Shown: positions 14,477-29,000, counted from the first letter of the stretch. The stretch: 64,000 nucleotides of DNA from Octopus vulgaris (GCA_951406725.2 OX597836.1:6882001-6946000); one strand, 5' to 3'. A program made the numbers and translations. Notes: generated by a model not told the origin, from the sequence alone.

Positions 14477-14646
14477 CTAGCCAGAGCGAGAAAGGTGCGG
14501 GGAGCTATAGACATTCCCTAATAATTTGAATAAAGTATAATATATAAATAAGAGGTTGTAAGGAGGTATGAGGACGAAGAGAAGGAGGGGTAGTGGGAGA
14601 AGAGAGAATACAAAGGATTAATCCCAGAGCTGCAGCATATGTTTGC
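14477..14646 (-). other. Candidate 170-nt non-coding exon
   Basis: Minus strand: U-rich tract ttttattttattttatattatatttcttag| ... ctggctag|gtaagg; all three frames contain stops. Confidence 0.25.
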
Positions 14647-14974
14647 CTAAGAAATATAATATAAAATAAAATAAAAGCATTTATAGGCCGCCCTGCTTTA
14701 GCTGTATACACTCACGTATACAAGATTATACACACGCTTATAGACTCGACAGAGCACTTACACATACACATACACGCACACGCGCATAAGCACACGCACA
14801 CGCACAGACGCATCGATGCACGTAGCGTTACAGATATTCACACAAACGTAAGTGGTAAATGTCTCTATTGAAAGAGAGAGACAACTGACTGGTCTATAAC
14901 ACTTTTATCCGTCAATGAGAGACAACTGAACTCAAGAGGCATAGATACAAGCACACATACACACACATATATAT

Positions 14975-15062
<88 letters not shown>

Positions 15063-15129
15063 ATACATATGTATATATATATACATATATGTATATGTAT
15101 ATACATGTACATGTATATATATATATATT

Positions 15130-15175
<46 letters not shown>

Positions 15176-16439
15176 CATACACACACACGCATTTGTATAT
15201 GCATGTATGAAACAATAGGGCCGACACGTTAATATCTCATGAAAATGTTCTCTTCTCTAAATACAAATACTTTACGGTCTCACATATTTAATAAAGGGAG
15301 TTGAAAACCTTACTTCAATTAACTGCCAGTATCTAAACAATTTATACTCAAAATGGCCTCTCTTTCATTCTCTCCCTCTTCTTTCTCTCTCTCTCTCTCT
15401 TTCTCTATCAACATTTTCTCTTCCACCACTTTTCTCCCATACACGCGCCATTTTCTACCTGCCATTTTAATATAACTCTGCTATGCTATCATGGATTAAA
15501 AGAAAGATAATATTTTCTCTCCCATCGTTCTGAAGAAGTACTTTCTACAAAACGGCGGCGGTGACTTCGCTTCACAACGTCACACGAACTTAAGCTTTAA
15601 ACTTTACCAGTAGATAAACAATTCTGAAGAGACCGACTATCACTACAAGACACTTTGGGTTATGTTTCTTCAACCTTTCTATATGTCTTCGTCGCTCTGA
15701 CGATTCTGCCAACGAAATGAATATTTTGTGCAAACCTAATCTATTTCTAAAATTAAAATAAAATTTAAATATTAGAAATTTCTTTTTTGTACAGTCTCAT
15801 CAAATATATATTATCAATAACAATAATATTGTTTAACCATTAATTGATTGCAAATGTAACATGTTAAGTCAATTTAAATTAGTAGACGAGTTTTAGTGCA
15901 ACTAAGCAATTAGCAACGAATGTTATTAGTATTGATTTTTATTAGTAGATTAGTATCCCAACTGGCCTCACAGTAATCGATTTTAATTACTTTCCAACCA
16001 ATAATTGTTTTGTTTCTTTAGACAGTCATTTTATTAAGCTTTTCAATATGTTGTCTTTTTCCAGCGTCAGCCATTGTGTTGGGGCTCTAATGTCCGTTGG
16101 ATAAACAAGAGTATTGTTTATTAACATGCATATCATTATTCCTTGTACATGTTCTTCGGCACATCTCCTCGCCGTTGGACGGTTCCATGTTTGTTGTTCT
16201 TTAACAAGAGTCTGTTAAATCCTTGCTTTTCCTTTTCGTCATTTCAAAATAAAGGATCGCTGTGGATGGCCACACTTCAAAGGTTCACAAGATGCAATTA
16301 TCTGTTTCCAAAAGAGAAAGAAAGACGCTCAAATGTTTTCTGTATATGCAGGAATGAATGAATATATAAGCAAAAAGAAAGAAACCTCAACGATGTAGCT
16401 GAGCATTACAGAACAACACATGCTGCCTTCTGCATCTAT

Positions 16440-16509
16440 GAGCCAACGAGGTAGTCTCATGCAGGAACCACACATGCTAGAAACAGCAACCAAAGGTCAT
16501 ATATATATA

Positions 16510-16564
<55 letters not shown>

Positions 16565-16865
16565 TCACTGAGTGAGTCTCCACTGTATTTGATAGAAACA
16601 GCAGCTAACCTCCTTAAAATCACACTTTATTATCTTGAGCACATACATCCCTGTATCCGCCAACGAGTAAGTCTAACTACCATGATGTTTTCATGGTAGG
16701 TAGACTTACTAGAAATAGCAGCTTCATCTTTCTCTAATCACATCTTACCATTATAAATTTTATAAGTGACACACCGGATAATGTAATCTAAAGTAAAGAA
16801 GTCTCGGCTGGAAAGCTTATAACCATGGGTTCTGCTCGATTGGAGCTGACCTGAGATTAAACAAT
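16440..16865 (+). repeat. Cluster of fragments of a dispersed repeat (tagaaatagcagc..aa.ctccctcaaatcacac), also at about 13560-13700 and 26100-26200
   Basis: The motif tagaaa(c/t)agcagc recurs three times here and twice elsewhere in the window. Confidence 0.55.
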
Positions 16866-16869
16866 AATA

Positions 16870-17075
16870 ATCCTTTCTACTGTAGGCACTAGTTGTGAAA
16901 TTTTGGGAGAATGCGTATGTGGATTACACCGACCATAATGCTCAACTGGTACTTATTTCATCGACAGGATGAAAAGAAAACTCGCCCTTGACGGAATTTG
17001 AACCTGAACGTAAAGCAGGACGAAATACCACGAAGAGTTTTGCCTGGAAAGCTCACGATTCTGTCAGCTCATCGC
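16870..17075 (-). mobile_element. SINE family C (decayed)
   Basis: tcctttctactgtaggcac..ctcaactggtacttatttcatcga..ggaatttgaac. Confidence 0.75.
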
Positions 17076-17105
17076 CTTCTGGTTAAACTAATAATAATAA
17101 TTATA

Positions 17106-17213
<108 letters not shown>

Positions 17214-17214
17214 C

Positions 17215-17390
17215 ATTAAGGACTGAACACGAAAAGTGGACAGTCAACATGATAGATATAGACGTCAAATCGCCATTCTCCACAAAGAGTATGTTCTCAA
17301 ATATTTGAGAACATACTCTTTGTGGAGAATGGCGATTTGACGTCTATATCTAGCATGTTGACTGTCCACTTTTCGTGTTCAGTCCTTAAT
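17215..17390. repeat. Near-perfect 176-bp palindrome (88-bp arms, one mismatch, no spacer) flanked by (TA)n
   Basis: attaaggactgaacacg...gttctcaaat|atttgagaac...cgtgttcagtccttaat; centre 17302/17303. Confidence 0.97.
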
Positions 17391-17477
17391 TTGTATGTAA
17401 AAATATTTTAATCTTCGGATTCTTTTTAATATGCTAGACCACTGGTTTTAATTGACTAATATCAATTTCTACCCTTA

Positions 17478-17535
<58 letters not shown>

Positions 17536-17649
17536 GTGTGTGTGTGTTTATGTATATGCATGTATGGATGGATAACTGTATATGTACGTATGTGCCATGG
17601 CTATATATATGTGTGTGTGAATGTGTGTATGTGTGCGCGCGTGTACGTT

Positions 17650-17680
<31 letters not shown>

Positions 17681-18067
17681 GTATGTGTATGAACGCCTAT
17701 ATGCACATATATGTACGTTTTCTCACATCATTATTTCCAAATTAGGGATCTTATAAAACATGTATTGAACCAACAAACATTTCGGTTTTGGGGTCCAATT
17801 AAACATGTCGTGAGGGAGACACGCGTAGGAAGGGTGGTGTCGATGCTAAACCCTCAAGAGATAATTATGTAAAACGGGTAAGGGTAGCTAATAAAACACC
17901 CACACTTACCCATTGACTGGGTAGTTTCTAACACAAAAGCAGCTGCGGTGACAATTCTTCGTGGGTAGCTTACAACCTTACGGCAGCCATTAAAATGTAA
18001 TTTAGTCGCCATTGCTGTTCGGATTCAAAAGATATTTGACAACTAAGACGCGTAACACCAGACGATG

Positions 18068-18155
<88 letters not shown>

Positions 18156-18218
18156 TGTGTATGTGTGTGTGTTTGTATGTATGTGTGTGTGTGTGTATGT
18201 GTATGTGTGTGTGTGGGG

Positions 18219-18250
<32 letters not shown>

Positions 18251-18300
18251 GTGTGTGTGTATGTGTATGTGTGTGTGTGTATGTGGGTGTGTGTGTGTGT

Positions 18301-18366
<66 letters not shown>

Positions 18367-18367
<1 letters not shown>

Positions 18368-18512
18368 GGCGCGTAGGTTAGTGGTTACGGTATTCAGCTC
18401 ACGATCGCATGGTCGTGAGTTCAGTTCCCGGCGGCACGTTTGTGTTCTTGAGCAAGACACTTTATTTTCAGTCAACACAGCTGGCAAAAAATGAGTAGTA
18501 CCAGTAATTTTC
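18367..18512 (+). mobile_element. tRNA-derived SINE head
   Basis: aggcgcgtaggttagtggttacggtattcagctcacgatcg..gagttcagttcccgg..ttgagcaagacactttattt (A/B-box-like). Confidence 0.75.
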
Positions 18513-18514
18513 AA

Positions 18515-18674
18515 CTTTTTGGCTGTTGTGTCGCCATTTTTCTGTGTATTTCAACCAGAAAAATGTTCACTTAAAGAGAATAACAAGATACATAATGCAA
18601 AACTTTTTACTTTTCAAAAATTCCAATTCTAGAGGGTCGAAACAAACCCGAGCAACGCCGGGCGATACTGATAG
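18515..18674 (+). mobile_element. Helitron 3' terminus
   Basis: Subterminal hairpin cccgagcaacgccggg (18647-18662) followed about 8 nt later by a CTAG-like end (atag) and T. Confidence 0.55.
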
Positions 18675-18796
18675 TAATAGATATTTTCATAGAGATGTAA
18701 AAGTTTTTGATAGAAATAATGTAAAAATCGAGCTTCAAGTGTTTGCAAAATAATGTTACAGAAATACAAGCTTTAATAATAGGAAAAAATTTTAAG

Positions 18797-19015
18797 ACCT
18801 GGCTATGTGGTAAGAAGCTTGATTCACAATCACATGGTTCCGGGTTCACTCCCACTGCAAGGCACCTTGGGCAAATGTCTTCTTCTATAGTCTTGGGGCA
18901 ATCAAAGCTGTGTGAGAGGATTTGATAGACGGAAACTGAAAGGAGCCCCTCATATATAACGATATATACGTGTATATACATATGTGTGCATTTTATAGAT
19001 AGATAGATAGAAAGA

Positions 19016-19052
<37 letters not shown>

Positions 19053-19125
19053 GTGTGTGTGTGTATCTTTATGTATATATATATATATATATGTATATAT
19101 TTAAACACACACATATATATATGCA

Positions 19126-19161
<36 letters not shown>

Positions 19162-19390
19162 TGTATGTGTATGCGTGTCTTTGCGTGTCTGTGTTTCTCC
19201 CCGACCCCATTACCATTTGACAGCCGGTGTTAGAATGATTATGTTCCACTAACGTAGAGGTACAGCAAAAGAGAACGATAGAATAAATCTCTAAGTACTG
19301 GGGTGGATTCATTCTACTAAACTTTCTTCAAGGGGCTGCTCCAGCATGGTCGCAGTCTAATGATTGAAACAAGGGGAAATAAAAGATATA
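18797..19390 (+). mobile_element. SINE family A, full length, with expanded internal microsatellite
   Basis: Head tggctatgtggtaagaagcttg..ccgggttcactcccactg..ccttgggcaaatgtcttc; more than 200 bp of TA/GATA/CATA; then the 3' half. Confidence 0.85.
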
Positions 19391-19392
19391 TG

Positions 19393-19436
<44 letters not shown>

Positions 19437-19467
19437 CAAAAATAAGCAACAAGAATGACTCCGGTAA

Positions 19468-19555
19468 TTTGGTACAATTGTTTCGCACTACAACATTTTA
19501 TTAAAAGTTGTAATTATTACACCAGATTTAAGATGTTGAGTGCTCTTCAGCCAAA
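19468..19555 (-). ncRNA. Minimal type-I hammerhead ribozyme with canonical core
   Basis: UUUGG-CUGAAGA-GCACU-CAACAU...AUGUUG-U-AGUGC-GAAA-C-AAUU-G-UA^CCAAA: stem I 5 bp, stem II G-C closed and extended, palindromic stem III loop, GUA cleavage triplet. Confidence 0.85.
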
Positions 19556-19616
19556 AATATACGTTTTCCAATAACACAAAAGCTTTTAAATCAAGCAGTA
19601 ACATTATATATATGTA

Positions 19617-19745
19617 TTCTTTTATTCTTTTGCTTGTTTCAGTCATATGACTGCGGCCATGCTGGAGCACCGCCTTTAGTCGAACTATTCGAATCCAGGA
19701 CTTATTCTTTTTAAGTCTAGCACTTATTTTATTGGTCTCTTTTGG
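19617..19745 (-). mobile_element. SINE family A, 3' end
   Basis: ttgtttcagtcat.tgactgcggccatgctggagcaccgcctttagtcga. Confidence 0.9.
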
Positions 19746-19893
19746 GGTTTTTTTTTTTAAATATATAAATGATATATACGGTATATAATACAATTCGGGG
19801 AAATCTACTTTAGAGAGATAGACAAACAGACAGACACACAGAGAGACAAACAGACAGACACACACACACAGAAAGACGGACAGACAGACAGAC

Positions 19894-19970
<77 letters not shown>

Positions 19971-20199
19971 TTGATATATGTTGAGAGACGGACAGACAGT
20001 GTGAGAGACAGTGAGAGACAGTGAGAGAGAGAGAGAGAGAGAGATGTCCGCGTGCGTACTAGCTTTGAGTTGGTTTTTTATTTATTTTATTTGTATGTTG
20101 ATTTTATTAATTTATGCCAAACCTAGAAACATGGTTGGCAATGTCAAAGAGTCAACCGGTTCCGCGATACCGTTTACTGATGGCTAGCGGAGAGGGTAT

Positions 20200-20740
20200 T
20201 GGTGGCGGTGGTGGTGGTGGTGATTTCGGAGGTGGGGGGCCTGCTGCTGCTGGTGTTGGTTGTGGTGGTGGTTATGATTTTGGAGTTGGTGGTGTTGGTG
20301 GTGCTGGTGGTGGTGTGGTGGTTTTGGTGGTAAGGGTTAGGCTGGGGGGGGGGGGGGTAATGAGGCTGGTGACTTTGTTGGAGGTTTCTGGCGGTGCTGG
20401 TGGTGGTGGTGCTCGTTGTAGTGATTGTGGTTGTGGTTGTTGTGGTTGTGGTTACGATGTTGCTTCTACTGCTGATGATGATGATGTTGGTGGTGATAGT
20501 GGTGGTGTTGGTGGTAGTGCTGATGGTGATGGTGATGTGGTCGTAGTAGTAGTGGTGGTCGTGCTGTGATTATGCTGGTGTTGCTGTTGCTAATGGTGGT
20601 GGAAGTGATGGTGGTAGTGTTGTTGTTGTTGTTATTGGTGGTGGTGGTGGTGGTGGTGGCGGCGGCGGTGGTGCTAGTGGTGGTGGTTGTGGTGGTGACA
20701 GTGGTGATGAATGTGGTGGTGGTGGTGGTGGTGTTGGCGG
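20200..20740. repeat. Degenerate (GGT)n/(GTT)n trinucleotide tract
   Basis: Direct reading. Confidence 0.9.
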
Positions 20741-21229
20741 ATTTGCGAGGTGTTCGTCACTTTGTCAAAGAAGAAGAAAAATGGCGGAGAGGAGATGACA
20801 ATAGAGGAATATGGCGACGGCGAAGCTGCTTATAATAACGACGATGGCGTCGGAGTAGCTCGCGTTACAGAGACAAGGTCCAAACAATTCAAGCATGCTG
20901 CTGACTCTTGTTATCGTTCTCCCGTCCTGACAGGTCGACAAAATTAAGGGCCAATCTTTCAAATAAGAGGACGGCCAATTTTGTGGAACACGACGAAAAT
21001 GAACTCCGTTGTCGCTTCATTCAGACGAGGGACGAGAACGAAGATTATTTACTAGAATTAAATATGGCGCACATTTCACATATATTATCCAACCGTCTTG
21101 ACGACCAGTTTTTAATTGAAGCCTACCAACACACAACATTCACGCGCACATACACTTAAATACGTTCATACACACATGCATATACATGCGTATATACATA
21201 TATACATGCAAACATACAAACATTATGTA

Positions 21230-21260
<31 letters not shown>

Positions 21261-21310
21261 TCACACGCACATACACATAAATACGTTCATACACAAATAC
21301 ATATACATGC

Positions 21311-21359
<49 letters not shown>

Positions 21360-21386
21360 CATATATATCTACATAGCTTACGTTCA

Positions 21387-21440
<54 letters not shown>

Positions 21441-21881
21441 CACACACACATATAAATAGATGAATGCAGTGTATAGTTTCTAGTGGGGAGGGTGTGAAAT
21501 GATTCAGGCTTGTTGTTGTTTTTGTTTTTGTTATTGTTGTTGTTGTTGTTGTTAGTGGTGGTGGTGGTGGTGTTGGTGGTGGTGGTGGTGGTGGTGGTGG
21601 TGGGTTACGCATTTGACTGGAATTATTTTTAGTTGAAATGGCAGCGAAAAGTGGCGGTTTTAGTAAAAAAAGAAAAAGATTGATAGATTTACGTGCAAAC
21701 ATATGTGTGCGTTTATGGGTGAAAGAGAGATAGAAATGAGTAGAGACAGAGAGAGGGAGGGAGGGAAGACGAGAGAGAGAGGGAGAGAGAGATCGTGTGT
21801 GCATGTGCGTGTGCGTGTGCGTTTATGTGTGTGCGTGTGTGTGTGTGAATGTATTGATGTATGAAGACACATGCATATAGT

Positions 21882-21927
<46 letters not shown>

Positions 21928-22107
21928 CATACATCTAAAAATAGAATCAGAAACAGAGAGTGTGTGTGAGAGAGAGAGAGACAGACAGACAGACAGTCAG
22001 ACAGATGACACAGAGATAGGAATAGGGAAGATAGAAACTAACAGAAAATGGGAGAAAAGGAGAAAGAGAAAGAATGGGTAAAGAAAGAAAGAAAGAAAGG
22101 ATGGGTA

Positions 22108-22151
<44 letters not shown>

Positions 22152-22345
22152 AGGAAAGAGAGAGAGGGGGAGAGAGAGAGAAGAAGCACGTGGTAACTCT
22201 GTTTTTGAAGGGAGATTACTTCTAAACGTGAGTTATATTGGAAACTTGGATAAACTTGTGAGAACCACCGCACGCCCTGCACCATAAGCTCAACATGCTA
22301 TATATACACGCACGTGAGCGTGTATACATACATACATATGTGTGC

Positions 22346-22417
<72 letters not shown>

Positions 22418-22478
22418 TATGTATGTATGTATGTATGTATGTATGTATGTATATATTAATAGATAGATAGATAAATAT

Positions 22479-22530
<52 letters not shown>

Positions 22531-23081
22531 GCGGTGTGTGTGTGTCTGTGTGTGTATGTGTGTATCTTTGTGTATGCCTGTGTGCGTGTGTGTGTGTGTA
22601 TATGTGTGACTGGAATGACGAATCCGAACGAATATAGCGATACGAGAAAGAAATATCGATGATGTGTCGGTGCGTGGGTGGAAGAGAGTGTCTGCATGTG
22701 TATTCACACACACACATATATATATATATACACATACACACACACACACACACACCACCACCACCACCACCACACACATACACATATATACACATATACA
22801 TATATGTATGTTCAGAAAGAGAGGAGGGGCAAAAAAATCACTGGAAAAGGTGGAAAGATAATGAAAGTCGAATTTAGTTCGGTGCTTTTACAAAATTTCG
22901 ATTGTTCAATAGTTTGTTTTTTTTTGTTTTTTGGTCGGTGTTTTTGTCTTTACGCTTGTTTTTGTTTTTTGTATTTCTTTCTTTTTGTCTTGATGTTGTT
23001 TTTCTTTCTTTGCTTTCTTATTTATCTTCTTCTTATTGTTGTTACAGTTAATCTTGTGTGTTTTAGTGGGGGCTAATTTTG

Positions 23082-23083
23082 TT

Positions 23084-23124
<41 letters not shown>

Positions 23125-23128
23125 TATT

Positions 23129-23166
<38 letters not shown>

Positions 23167-23191
23167 TATCATCATCATCATCATCATCATC

Positions 23192-23223
<32 letters not shown>

Positions 23224-23479
23224 CATTATTATTTTTATCATCATCATCATCATTATTATCATCATTATTATTATAAGTAGTAGTAGTATTATTATTAGTA
23301 TTAGTATTTTTATCATCATCATCATCGTTATCATCATTATTATCATCATTATTATTATCATTATTATTAGTATTATTATTATCATCATCATCATCATCAT
23401 CATCATCATTTTCATTATCATCATCATCATCATCAACATCATTATTATTATTATCATTATTATTAGTATTATTATTATT

Positions 23480-23535
<56 letters not shown>

Positions 23536-23891
23536 TATATTTGTTGTTGTTTATACTGCTCGTTGTTGATGCTTGTTGTTGTTGTTGTTCTTGTTACTAG
23601 TGTTTTAATGCGATTTTTGTTATTAGCATTATTGAGTACTATGCATGTTGTTGTTGTTGTTGGTCCTACAGTTGTTATTGTTTTTGTTGTTGCTGTTGTT
23701 GTTGTTCTTGTTGCTACTTTTGTTTTGGTTGTTGTTGCTGTTTTTGTTATTGTTATTGCTGCCATTGTTTTTGGCTGTTGTTGTTCTTGTTGTTGCTGTA
23801 CGTACAATCGTTGTTGTTGCTGCAGTTGCTGTTGTCCTCGCCGTCGTAGTCATAATTGTTGTTGTTGTTGCTCTTCTTCTTCTTCTTCTTC

Positions 23892-23967
<76 letters not shown>

Positions 23968-24086
23968 CATTATTATTATATCATTATTATTATTATTATT
24001 ATTATTGTTATCATTATCATCATCATCATCATCATCTTATTACAATTATTATTATCATTATTATTATTATCATTATTATTATTATT

Positions 24087-24120
<34 letters not shown>

Positions 24121-24155
24121 TTGTTGTCTTTGTTCTTGTTGTTGTTCTTGTTCAT
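23082..24155. repeat. Compound trinucleotide array (ATC/ATT/GTT/CTT)
   Basis: Direct reading; source of the poly-I/M/L/V ORFs. Confidence 0.95.
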
Positions 24156-25047
24156 GTTTACGAGCTCAAGTTTTACGATAGCTGGCTGCCATGACAGTCA
24201 GTATGCAATCTGTACGTTACATGCTTCGTTGCGCCACCAAGCGTCAAATACGCACACCATACCCAAGTCTCGCACTAAATAACAATCTTTTGCAAAGAGC
24301 AGAAGATATTTTCGCTTAACAATTGCCGTATTGTGTTAGCCATGATTTATGTGACACACATCTATTCTTTTCTCTCCACAAGAGAGCCGAGAACATACAA
24401 TACACACTCTAACTACCTCCCATACACACACACACACACACTCACACACACACACGCACACACACATATACACATACACATGTGAGGTAGACTCTATACT
24501 CCACAGGCAATGTCCAACTCCCACGCCACACACGTGCATACTCCATCATACAGTCAACATATGTACACACAATCTATGTATTACACAGCGATGGCGGCGG
24601 CGGCGGCGGTGTGGCGGTTGTGGATGTGTGGTGGTGGTGGTGGTGGTGGTGATGGGGGGGCGGTACTAGAGAGAGAGAGAGACAATGGAATTACGATGAT
24701 TATAAACTATAAACATTTTTCAATAAACGAGATCCACTCATCGCCTGTCTGTCTATCTGTTTGTCTGTTTGTCTGTCTCTCTTTCTCCTCACCTCTCTCT
24801 CCTCCTTCGCTCTCTTTCTCTCTCTATCTATCTCTATATCTATCTATCTGTCTGTCTATTTATCTATCTATCTATTTATCTGTCTGTCTGTCTATCTATC
24901 TATCAATCTAGAGAGAGAGAGAGTAGGGAGAAGAGATACACGTACAAGCACACAAACACGCACATATACATACACATATATACCCACAGAACAACACTCA
25001 CACATCCACGCACATACGCACTCGAGCACACACACAGACACAAACAT

Positions 25048-25078
<31 letters not shown>

Positions 25079-25148
25079 ATTATATAAATATATGTGCCCC
25101 AGCATGGCCACAGCTCGTGACCTGAAACTAGATGAAATAAAAAAATAT

Positions 25149-25209
<61 letters not shown>

Positions 25210-26204
25210 AACACACAGTGATGCAGATAAACAGGATTGAGATGGGTATATATATAATTTTACATATGTACATATTCAGATATAGATACAGAGAGATATA
25301 TATTGTAGAGATATGTATAAGATATATACGAATACACTTATGTATAAAGTGCAAAAGTATAAAAATAGATGAAGGCGAGGTTAAAAAAAAAACATAGTAT
25401 AATAGTTTAACTCTCAGGAAAACTGGAAGAAGTCTTTAATGTTTCAAGCATATGCTCTTTTTCGGAAAGTATAGAGGATGAGGAAAGAGAAACGCAAGAG
25501 AAAAGAACGAGTCTTAATTAGACGATTACCACGTGGTGAAATGACCAGAAGAGGAAGAGGTCGGCTCGAGGAGAGGGTGGTATAGGGGACAAAAGTGACC
25601 CCGGAATATGTGTACGTCAGAAAGCACGTGCGTGCGCGTCTGTGTGTATGTATTTGAACATGTGTGTATATATACATACACACACACACTACACACACAT
25701 ATATATGAACACACACACATGCGTATACATACATGTGTTCATATAAACACGCGTGCGCACTAACTGGACAGTTGATCGACGGACACACAGGAGAGACTTT
25801 AATCTCCTTGTGATAACAGTTGATATGAATCTGTCCTCGATACAGTATGCCTGTGATGATGATGATGAGGTGGAGGAGGAGGAGGAGGACGACGACGGCG
25901 GCGGCGATGATGATGGTGTTAACTCATGGAAATGGTTGCGTCAAGATCGACTGGTGGATGAAATGCCTTGTGGTATTTTCATACATCCTTTCATGTTACC
26001 AAGGTGAAATCCCATCGATATCGACTTCCCTTTCAATCATTGAAAACATCGCCTTGATATATTCAGTACCAGTGATATATTGAGGTTAATACAGCAATCC
26101 ATTCTACTAGAACTGTTCCGGTCTAACGGACTAGTGAGTGGGTCTGGCCTCCTGTCTTACTAGAAATAGCAACCTCCCTCAAATCACCCCAGTTAGCTTT
26201 TAAA

Positions 26205-26259
<55 letters not shown>

Positions 26260-27009
26260 CGTGATGCGCTCTTGACGAAAATGCCTTTGATCGGAGTTTT
26301 ACTGGAAACAATAACGAGACAAACAGACGGACAGGAAGACAGACTGACAGACAGAGTAGAGAGGGCATATTATTGAGGAGATTAGGAATGGTGGCGAAAG
26401 GACTTTGTCAAACTTAACTGAATAATTGATTGATGGAAGAATTGTTCAAACAGTCGATTAGCTGATCGGTCAAACGATAAACCGATTAGGATAAATAAGG
26501 ATAAAAGAGGTGAAATCGAACCAGTGCATGTGTTTATTATTGGCAGAATGACCCTCCCAAAATACAACAACATAAAAACTGTCTGTAACATGACATTAAA
26601 CCTATTGTGTGTTGATGTTAGGTTCTAAGCACCCCAAAGGGGAGTTTTTGTTGACTAATTACTTTGATAGTCTCAGTTGCTTGAAGCTTTATAATTCACT
26701 GCGTGTTACATGTATGAAATCTTGTATTATTCGTATTTTATATGTAGTACACGACGCTCCGGTGTTATTTTCTCTCAGCCATATTTTTCGTTAAATATAC
26801 CACAGTTAGGGCTAAAAACATGGCGACTGAAAACCAAATGTGAATCTGGTATCGAAGCCTGCAATTTTAAATATTGCGGTTGAAAAGGTTGCTATGGACC
26901 CTGAGTCTATATACTGACATTCTAAATAGGAATTTTTAGCCTTTCAAAACTAAATAAAATACCTGTGATATACTGGGGCAAGACTTATTTGATAGTCTGA
27001 AAAAAGGTG

Positions 27010-27066
<57 letters not shown>

Positions 27067-27691
27067 AGGATGAGGGGGAGGAAGAAGAAGAAGAAGAAGA
27101 AGAAGAAGGAGAAGAAGAAGAAGAAGAAGAAGAAGAAGAAGAAGAAGAAGAAGAAGAAGAAGAAGAAGAAGAAGAAGAAGAGGAGGAGGGGGAGGGGAGC
27201 AAATTGAAAGCAAATTGATATGGTGTTTTTGAGGGGAATGAATTGTTGACAGAAGGAAAATGTCCACGAAATAATCCCGTCTTTGACATCCGTGTATCTT
27301 TTTCTCTTTTTATTTCTTTCTTTTTATTTCTTTTTTGTATTTTGTAAGAGTGCGAAAGATAAATGGCGACCAGTAAACCTGCTCTCACCTCGGCTGCTTT
27401 CTCATCTAATCAAGTGTGGAGGGAGAGGGAGTTGGTTGGTGGTGGTGGCAAGGACAGGGTAAGAAAGGAGAGAGAGAGAGAGGGGGGCATTGGAGAGTTG
27501 GATTTTGGTGCGGGGGGAGTAAGGGGAGGAGAGGGAGGGGAGAGGTGATGAAAGACGAATTAGAGGAAAGGTATGGGAGTTGGTGAGAGAGAGAGAGTGA
27601 GAGTGAGAGTTGGTGTGAGATGATAAAGATGGGTCAAACTAAAGGATAGAGAGCAAGATTAATGTGGATATGTGTGTTAATAGATATTATA

Positions 27692-27757
<66 letters not shown>

Positions 27758-28069
27758 TATGTATGTATACATACAGACGTATATATTATACTTATATACA
27801 TATATATGATGGATATATATATATATATACGTATTTAAATGTATGAATTTAAATATGTATGTATGTATTTTTTTTTTGTGTGTGTGTACGACCCTGCGTA
27901 TATAAGAACACGTATGTATACAGATATATTTGCATAGACGGACACAAACATGTCAATGTATATGTGTAATATATATATATACATACATACATATATATAT
28001 GGATATATATATATGTATATATATGTATGTATATGTATATATATGTGTATATATATATATGTATATACA

Positions 28070-28128
<59 letters not shown>

Positions 28129-28202
28129 ATATAGTGAGAAAGAGGCAAAGAGAATGAGGGCCATAGAGAAACGCTCAGAGAGAGAGAGATAGACTGACAC
28201 CA

Positions 28203-28236
<34 letters not shown>

Positions 28237-28758
28237 GGACAGACAGACAGACAGACAGACTGATGGAGAGATTGAGAGATTGGCGGCCCAGTAGACAGAT
28301 GGAGAGTGAGCAGTGCAAATTGATTTCACTGCAACAATAAAAGAGAAAACAAATGCTTTGGAGATTGTCTTGTAAACCCGTGGAGACATCTCTTGTCACA
28401 AATCCATGTACTTGTCGTCTACTTCCGGTGGAACTCTTCAACGTCGAGAAAAGATTTGGTCTTCTGATTCATTTTATCAATATTGGATGCCAGCACTGGT
28501 CACGTTGTCTCACACACAGATAGAAATGAAAAAGAAATGTGTATAAATATATGTACGTGTGTATGCGTGTGTGTGTGTGCTTATGTATTTATTAATATAT
28601 ATCTATATTTTATTTATGAATGTAATGTAAATATATATATATACATTCATATACACATTTATGTATCTTTATTAATTCATAAAGATTTTTAAAATACCCG
28701 CACACATACATATATATGTAAATGCTTGTATGCATGTCTATGTATAAATGTATGTAGG

Positions 28759-28824
<66 letters not shown>

Positions 28825-28850
28825 GTATAAATTTATATACATATACATAC

Positions 28851-28908
<58 letters not shown>

Positions 28909-29000
28909 ATATTAATTAGAGACAAAACCACTATTTTGCAAAACAAACAAGGAAAGACTTAATCAATACATAAAATTTTAATAAAAAGTAAAAAAAACCG

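Noticed and set aside
20114-20569. 151-aa Gly-rich ORF resembling a structural protein
   Set aside because: It derives from a degenerate (GGT)n tract that continues past the stop in other frames; no signal peptide or regular motif.
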